From: an uncultured Candidatus Saccharibacteria bacterium
GTDB taxonomy: Bacteria > Patescibacteriota > Minisyncoccia > Phycocordibacterales > Phycocordibacteraceae
Length of the DNA: 64,000 nt
Assembly: GCA_964550425.1 (NCBI GenBank)
Contig: CAZJZB010000001.1
Location: 3,509-67,508 of the forward strand
Reading direction: 5' to 3'
A program made the translations under genes and the position numbers. Below are positions 59,283-64,000 of this stretch, in pieces. The notes beneath the pieces were generated by a model that was not told the DNA's origin, ran no database searches, and saw nothing but the letters and a program-made list of their open reading frames with translations. How positions within the stretch are numbered: position 1 is the stretch's first letter; each line of letters begins with the position of its first letter.

Positions 59283-59385
59283 ATTACACGTTAGACAACA
59301 TACCTGCGGGACCTCCTATTTTCTTGCATTTTTAGACAGCTCGTGTAGAGTAGTCGAATCGCTATGTCCCCTTGGGACCTCCAGC

Positions 59386-59419
59386 AAATCGCACGACAGC
59401 GATTGCTGTCGTGCGATTT
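59386..59419 (+). promoter_or_regulatory. 15-bp-stem hairpin immediately upstream of rplC
   Basis: AAATCGCACGACAGC-gatt-GCTGTCGTGCGATTT, ending 9 nt before the rplC ATG. Confidence 0.5.
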
Positions 59420-59428
59420 GCATACAAA

Positions 59429-60043
59429 ATGAAATTCATCCTCGCAAAAAAAGAAGGCATGACGCGTATTTTCGCGGAGGATGGCCGCGCATATGCGGGG
59501 ACCATTCTCACTGCAGATCCGGTCGTAGTAACTCAGGTCAAGACAAAAGACGGAAAGGACGGCTACGCAGCTGTTCAAGTCGGCACCGGTACTCGCAGGA
59601 CGAAGAACATCAGCAAGGCGGTTCTCGGACACACAAAAGGGAAGGGTTACACTGACATTCGCGAATTCCGAACCGATGATGCGGCAGAAGTCGGCAGCAC
59701 CATCGACGCATCGGTATTTACCGTCGGAGACACTGTGCAGGTTTCTGGACTCTCCAAAGGTAAGGGCTTCGCTGGCGTCGTGAAGCGTCACGGTTTCCAT
59801 GGCGGCCCGCGCTCGCACGGCCAGAAGCACACCGAACGCAGTCCCGGTTCCATCGGCGGATCGGGCGGCCGCGCAGGAGGCCGTGTCGCCAAAGGTATGC
59901 GCATGGCCGGCCGCATGGGCACCGATCGCGTGACCGTGAAAAATCTCAAAGTGCTTGTGGTTGATGCGGCCGCGGGAAAGATTATTGTTTCCGGCGCGGT
60001 GCCGGGCCGCCGCGGCACCGTGCTTGAGGTCGTAGGCGCGTAA
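59429..60043 (+). CDS. rplC: 50S ribosomal protein L3
   Basis: MTRIF...GTRRTKN...KGKGFAGVVKRHGF. Confidence 0.9.
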   Translation: MKFILAKKEGMTRIFAEDGRAYAGTILTADPVVVTQVKTKDGKDGYAAVQVGTGTRRTKNISKAVLGHTKGKGYTDIREFRTDDAAEVGSTIDASVFTVGDTVQVSGLSKGKGFAGVVKRHGFHGGPRSHGQKHTERSPGSIGGSGGRAGGRVAKGMRMAGRMGTDRVTVKNLKVLVVDAAAGKIIVSGAVPGRRGTVLEVVGA

Positions 60044-60044
60044 T

Positions 60045-60830
60045 TTGAATACCATGACCCCTCACAAAAATACAAAGACAAAGAGTTCGGGATCTTCGAT
60101 ACTTCGGAAGACCTCAGTATCTTCGACTACAAAGAAAGTGACAAAGAAGGCATATGCGCCGATTGAAGCATCCATCTTCTCTATGGAAGGGAAGAAAGTC
60201 GGCAGCATCACTCTTCCGGAAAGCATCTTTGGCGCGCCATGGCGCAGCGATCTTGTGCATCAGGTGACGACTGCGATGCAGGCCAATGCACGCCAGAATC
60301 GCGCTCATACCAAAGACCGTGCCGAAGTATCGGGCGGCGGCAAGAAACCGTGGAAGCAGAAGGGTACCGGCCAAGCGCGCCATGGCTCCACGCGCTCGCC
60401 GATCTGGCGCCACGGCGGGGTTACCTTCGGTCCGCGTTCGGAGCGCAACTATAGCGAGAAAATTAATCGCAAAATGCGCATTGGCGCGCTCGTCTCGGTG
60501 CTCTCAAGAAAGGCGAAAGACGGCGAGATCATTCTTGTTGACCAATTCACGTTTTTCGCGCCAAAGACGGCGACTGCGAAGATAGTACTCGCCGCACTTG
60601 CGAAAGGGGCAGGTGCCGAGAAGCTCGCGACGAAGAAAAAGAATGCGGTTCTTCTCGCTCTCGCTGCATATAACACAAATGTTTCAAAGAGTTTCAACAA
60701 TTTTGGAAACGTAATGACTGAGGAAGTGCGCAATCTCAACCCGGTCGACGTGCTTGCGCACAAATACCTTGTCATTGAGAATCCGGAAGCAGCGTTCAAG
60801 GTACTGCTTGCACGCGCCAAGTCCGCATAA
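60045..60830 (+). CDS. rplD: 50S ribosomal protein L4 (possible N-terminal extension; start uncertain)
   Basis: GGGKKPWKQKGTGQARHGS. Confidence 0.85.
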   Translation: MNTMTPHKNTKTKSSGSSILRKTSVSSTTKKVTKKAYAPIEASIFSMEGKKVGSITLPESIFGAPWRSDLVHQVTTAMQANARQNRAHTKDRAEVSGGGKKPWKQKGTGQARHGSTRSPIWRHGGVTFGPRSERNYSEKINRKMRIGALVSVLSRKAKDGEIILVDQFTFFAPKTATAKIVLAALAKGAGAEKLATKKKNAVLLALAAYNTNVSKSFNNFGNVMTEEVRNLNPVDVLAHKYLVIENPEAAFKVLLARAKSA

Positions 60831-60840
60831 TTAAATCACC

Positions 60841-61206
60841 ATGACACTTTTTGGCACTAAAAAGAAAGGAGAAGAAAAGAAGGCGGTACGCACGCACCGC
60901 ACGCGTACCACAAAACTTCTTAATGCCGCTGCGCACGAAATTATTCGTGCGCCGTGGTTCTCTGAAAAGGCGCTCATCGCGACCGAGAAAGGCCTCTACA
61001 CATTTGAGGTTCCATCACGCGCGACGAAGGCCGAGATCGCGAGTGCTATCAATGAAATCTACAAAGTCGCTCCAAGGAAAATACGCATGGTGAATGTGCC
61101 GGGCAAGCGCAAGGCGATGCGCACTAAGCGCGGGACTGGGACACGTGCCGCCCGCCGCAAGGCATACGTGTACCTGAATGCTGGAGACACGATTCAATTT
61201 TCGTAA
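60841..61206 (+). CDS. rplW: 50S ribosomal protein L23
   Basis: IIRAPWFSEKA...YTFEV...KAEIASAINEIY. Confidence 0.9.
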   Translation: MTLFGTKKKGEEKKAVRTHRTRTTKLLNAAAHEIIRAPWFSEKALIATEKGLYTFEVPSRATKAEIASAINEIYKVAPRKIRMVNVPGKRKAMRTKRGTGTRAARRKAYVYLNAGDTIQFS

Positions 61207-61230
61207 ACAATCAACCGCACACTTACACCT

Positions 61231-62079
61231 ATGAAAACCTACAAACCGACATCAAAGAGCCGTCGCTCCATGACCACACTGCCGTATCGAGAACTCCTCT
61301 CGGGCGATGCGCCGCACAAGCCCCTCTTAAAGAAGAAGGGACGCCATGGGGGTAGAAACGCCTTCGGACGCATCACGACGCGCCATCAAGGCGGCGGACA
61401 CAAACGTCGTCTCCGCGATGTGGATTTCAAGTACGATAAGAAAAACATTCCCGCCAAGATTGAGACCGTTGAATACGACCCATTTCGCAGTGCTTTCATC
61501 GGACTCGCACTCTATCGAGATGGCGATCGTCGTTATGTCATTGTGCCGAAGGAAATGAAAGTCGGTGATTCTTTTATCGTCGCCACTGATGCACCGCTTA
61601 CGCCGGGCAATCGGCTTCCACTCGGTTCGATTCCCGTGGGTACGTTCATCTACAACATTGAACTTTCTCCGGGCGCGGGCGCAGCCCTTGTCCGTTCCGC
61701 AGGAAATTTCGCCGATGTTGTCGCGCACGACGCCGGCTACACGCAAGTGAAGCTTCCTTCAACCGAGATACGCAAGGTTTCCGATCTTGCGTGGGCTTCT
61801 GTCGGTACTGTTGGGAACGAGGAATACAATCTTGTCGTCATCGGCAAGGCAGGCCGCAGCCGCTGGATGGGCATCCGTCCGACGGTACGTGGCACGGCGA
61901 TGAATCCGGTGGATCATCCCCACGGCGGCGGCGAGGGCAAACAGGGTCGCGGATTGCGCCGCGCGAAGACCGCGTGGGGCAAGCCATCAGGTAAGGGTCA
62001 GAAGACAAGAACTCCCCAAAAATATTCAAACGTCTTCATTGTTTCCCGCCGCAAGGTCGGCAAGAAGCGCAAGGGTTAA
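61231..62079 (+). CDS. rplB: 50S ribosomal protein L2
   Basis: GRNAFGRIT...HQGGGHKR...GTAMNPVDHPHGGGEG. Confidence 0.95.
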   Translation: MKTYKPTSKSRRSMTTLPYRELLSGDAPHKPLLKKKGRHGGRNAFGRITTRHQGGGHKRRLRDVDFKYDKKNIPAKIETVEYDPFRSAFIGLALYRDGDRRYVIVPKEMKVGDSFIVATDAPLTPGNRLPLGSIPVGTFIYNIELSPGAGAALVRSAGNFADVVAHDAGYTQVKLPSTEIRKVSDLAWASVGTVGNEEYNLVVIGKAGRSRWMGIRPTVRGTAMNPVDHPHGGGEGKQGRGLRRAKTAWGKPSGKGQKTRTPQKYSNVFIVSRRKVGKKRKG

Positions 62080-62151
62080 GAGAGGTTTGACGATTCAGTA
62101 TCATTCCTGTATCTTTTAACTATCCCGCTGCGCGGGTTTTTCATTGCTTAC

Positions 62152-62505
62152 ATGTCACGCTCACTCAAGAAAGGACCCTTCGTGGATGTCAAACTCCTGA
62201 AGAAAGTCAAAAATGCAAAACCGGCCTCCGCCGGAGTGATAAACACATGGGCACGCCGAAGCCAGATAAGCCCGGAAATGATTGGTTTTACTCTCGGCGT
62301 CCATAACGGTAAACAGCACCTCCCCGTTCTCGTCTCCGAAGATATGGTGGGACATCGTCTCGGCGAATTCTCGCCGACCAAGAAATTTGTTCGTCACGGA
62401 GGCAAGATGCAGAAAGAGATGGAGCAGAAGAAGCAGGAAGCGGAAATTGCTTCCGCAAAGGCCGCGAAGGCCCCTGCCGCAGCCGCTCCTGCCGCTAAGA
62501 AATAA
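62152..62505 (+). CDS. rpsS: 30S ribosomal protein S19 (Ala/Lys-rich C-terminal extension)
   Basis: [12 protein letters not shown]...[10 protein letters not shown]. Confidence 0.95.
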   Translation: MSRSLKKGPFVDVKLLKKVKNAKPASAGVINTWARRSQISPEMIGFTLGVHNGKQHLPVLVSEDMVGHRLGEFSPTKKFVRHGGKMQKEMEQKKQEAEIASAKAAKAPAAAAPAAKK

Positions 62506-62508
62506 CCC

Positions 62509-62877
62509 ATGTCCTACGCAACCCTCAAGAGCCATAATCAGACGCCGCGCAAAGTCCGCCTTGTGACGGATCTCGTGAAAGGCAAGAAGATACAGGATGC
62601 ACTCGCAGCACTCGAGTTCCTCCCGAAGCGCGCCGCAGAGCCCATTATGAAGCTCATCAAGAGCGCGGTAGCCAATGCGAAGGTGTCGGGTGAAGATGTG
62701 GATGCGCTCCGTGTGCAGTCGATTGTCGTCGAGAGCGCCGGCATACTGAAGAAATATATGCCTCGCGCATTCGGTCGCGCTTCGCTTATCCGCCGCCGGA
62801 AGAGCGCAGTGAAAGTGACGCTTTCCTCTGCTTCGGCTACTGCCTCAGCATCTCCGAGCTCTCGCTCTACGATATGA
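62509..62877 (+). CDS. rplV: 50S ribosomal protein L22
   Basis: PRKVRLVTDLVKGKKIQDALAALEF. Confidence 0.9.
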   Translation: MSYATLKSHNQTPRKVRLVTDLVKGKKIQDALAALEFLPKRAAEPIMKLIKSAVANAKVSGEDVDALRVQSIVVESAGILKKYMPRAFGRASLIRRRKSAVKVTLSSASATASASPSSRSTI

Positions 62878-63587
62878 CTCATACCGTACATCCTTACGCG
62901 CACCGTCTCGGCATCATCCGGGACTGGAAGAGCCGTTGGTTCGCCGCAGATCCGAAGAGTTACCGCGAAAATATCAAAGTCGATGAAATGATTCGCCGTT
63001 TCCTTACGAAGCATTTGCGCGGCTCGTTTACGAGCGGTATTGACATCGAGCGTTCGGCGAACGAGATACGCGTTATTCTCTCGACGGCCCGTCCCGGTCT
63101 CGTCATCGGCCGTTCCGGTGAGAATGCGGTCAAGCTACGCAAGAAGCTGACCGACGTGATACAGAAGGCATCCGGACACGCTTTGCCAGCTGGCAAACAA
63201 GTCAAATTCGACATTGTCGAGATACGACAGCCGGAGACAGACGCAGCAGTCGTCGCCTATATGATCGCAGAAGGTCTCGAAAAAAGAATGCCGTTCCGTC
63301 GCGTATTGAAGCAGACGATTGAGAAGGTCATCGCGGCGCGCGAGGTCGAGGGTGTGCGTATCGCGATTTCCGGACGACTCGGTGGCGCGGAGATGAGCCG
63401 AAAAGAGGAGGTTAAAAAAGGTCGCATCCCGCTTCAGACGTTTCGCGCTGACATTGACTTCGCACATGAACAGGCCTACTTGTCGTACGGTGTTATTGGT
63501 ATCAAAGTATGGATCTACCGCGGGAACGTGTATCAGGATAAGAAGACATCGGTGCGCATACCAGAGAGCACGCCCGTTCGCGGCTAA
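62874..63587 (+). CDS. rpsC: 30S ribosomal protein S3
   Basis: HPYAHRLGIIRDWKSRWFA, KH domain, GRLGGAEMSR. Confidence 0.95.
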   Translation: MTHTVHPYAHRLGIIRDWKSRWFAADPKSYRENIKVDEMIRRFLTKHLRGSFTSGIDIERSANEIRVILSTARPGLVIGRSGENAVKLRKKLTDVIQKASGHALPAGKQVKFDIVEIRQPETDAAVVAYMIAEGLEKRMPFRRVLKQTIEKVIAAREVEGVRIAISGRLGGAEMSRKEEVKKGRIPLQTFRADIDFAHEQAYLSYGVIGIKVWIYRGNVYQDKKTSVRIPESTPVRG

Positions 63588-63596
63588 TATTTTTGT

Positions 63597-64000
63597 ATGT
63601 TGTTCCCTAAAAAAGTGAAGCATCGTAAATGGCAGACGCAGCGCAAGAGTGCGAAGCGTCTCGCTCGTCCGGACACGCGCGGCACCACGGTCGCATTCGG
63701 TTCCTTCGCACTCAAAGCGCTTACAAGCGCACGCGTGACAAGCAATCAAATTGAATCCGCGCGCAAAGTGCTCGTCCGCGCCACCGCGAAAACGGGCAAG
63801 ATGTGGATCCGCATTTTTCCCGATAGACCGGTGACCGCCAAACCAGCGGAGGTTGGCATGGGCAGCGGCAAGGGCGATCCGAAGTTCTACGTCTTCGAGG
63901 TGCGTCCGGGCCGCGTACTGTTCGAGCTCGATGGCGTTCCCGAGGATATTGCGCGCGCGCATTTGCGGCAGGCGGGCATGAAACTGCCGGTTACCACTTC
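63597..64000 (+). CDS. rplP: 50S ribosomal protein L16 (5' part; runs off the window end)
   Basis: MLFPKKVKHRK...IESARKVLVRA...KMWIRIFPD. Confidence 0.9.
   Translation, partial: MLFPKKVKHRKWQTQRKSAKRLARPDTRGTTVAFGSFALKALTSARVTSNQIESARKVLVRATAKTGKMWIRIFPDRPVTAKPAEVGMGSGKGDPKFYVFEVRPGRVLFELDGVPEDIARAHLRQAGMKLPVTT

Overview
The window is a compact, gene-dense bacterial chromosome segment of moderate to high GC. It looks Patescibacteria/CPR-like, though that is an inference and not established.

Content, in order along the window:
- Housekeeping genes at the start: purM (partial), a CMP/dCMP-type deaminase, rnhA, recJ, a HIT hydrolase, pgk, tpiA.
- A type IV pilus locus: two prepilin-type pseudopilins, a 588-aa pilus-associated protein, pilC and pilB. 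It is interrupted by a toxin-antitoxin (TA) pair and a truncated DUF4143 ATPase pseudogene.
- More housekeeping genes: nusA, ppa, clpP, rny, hup, a UPF0102 (YraN-family) gene annotated yraN, cca, xth, xerC/D, rpsO, a NYN protein, a dksA/traR-like gene, comM, a LysM/M23 peptidase, a uvrD/pcrA helicase carrying an in-frame intein in motif III, and rsmA.
- A long ribosomal block: rpsL, rpsG, fusA, tuf, rpsJ, rplC, rplD, rplW, rplB, rpsS, rplV, rpsC, rplP (partial).
- Three tRNAs on the minus strand: Gly-TCC, Gly-GCC and Arg-TCG.

Five type II/VII TA modules are scattered through the window: four RelE/ParE-type pairs and one HepT/MNT pair. Each sits at a junction with AT-rich islands, gene remnants or operon interruptions.

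Other notable points:
- A ~40-bp nested-palindrome repeat occurs in three dispersed copies, one of them in frame inside rsmA.
- Two foreign genes are inserted in the str/S10 ribosomal operon: HepT/MNT between fusA and tuf, and a PGBD-trypsin protease between rpsJ and rplC.
- A 3' fragment of xth is duplicated on the far side of a TA cassette.
- Two tRNAs carry att-like partial 3'-end duplications.
- An uncharacterised three-gene envelope operon lies directly upstream of rpsL, encoding a secreted/membrane-anchored protein, a 708-aa secreted protein and a 720-aa polytopic TrbL/VirB6-like protein.

No rRNA genes and no CRISPR array were found.
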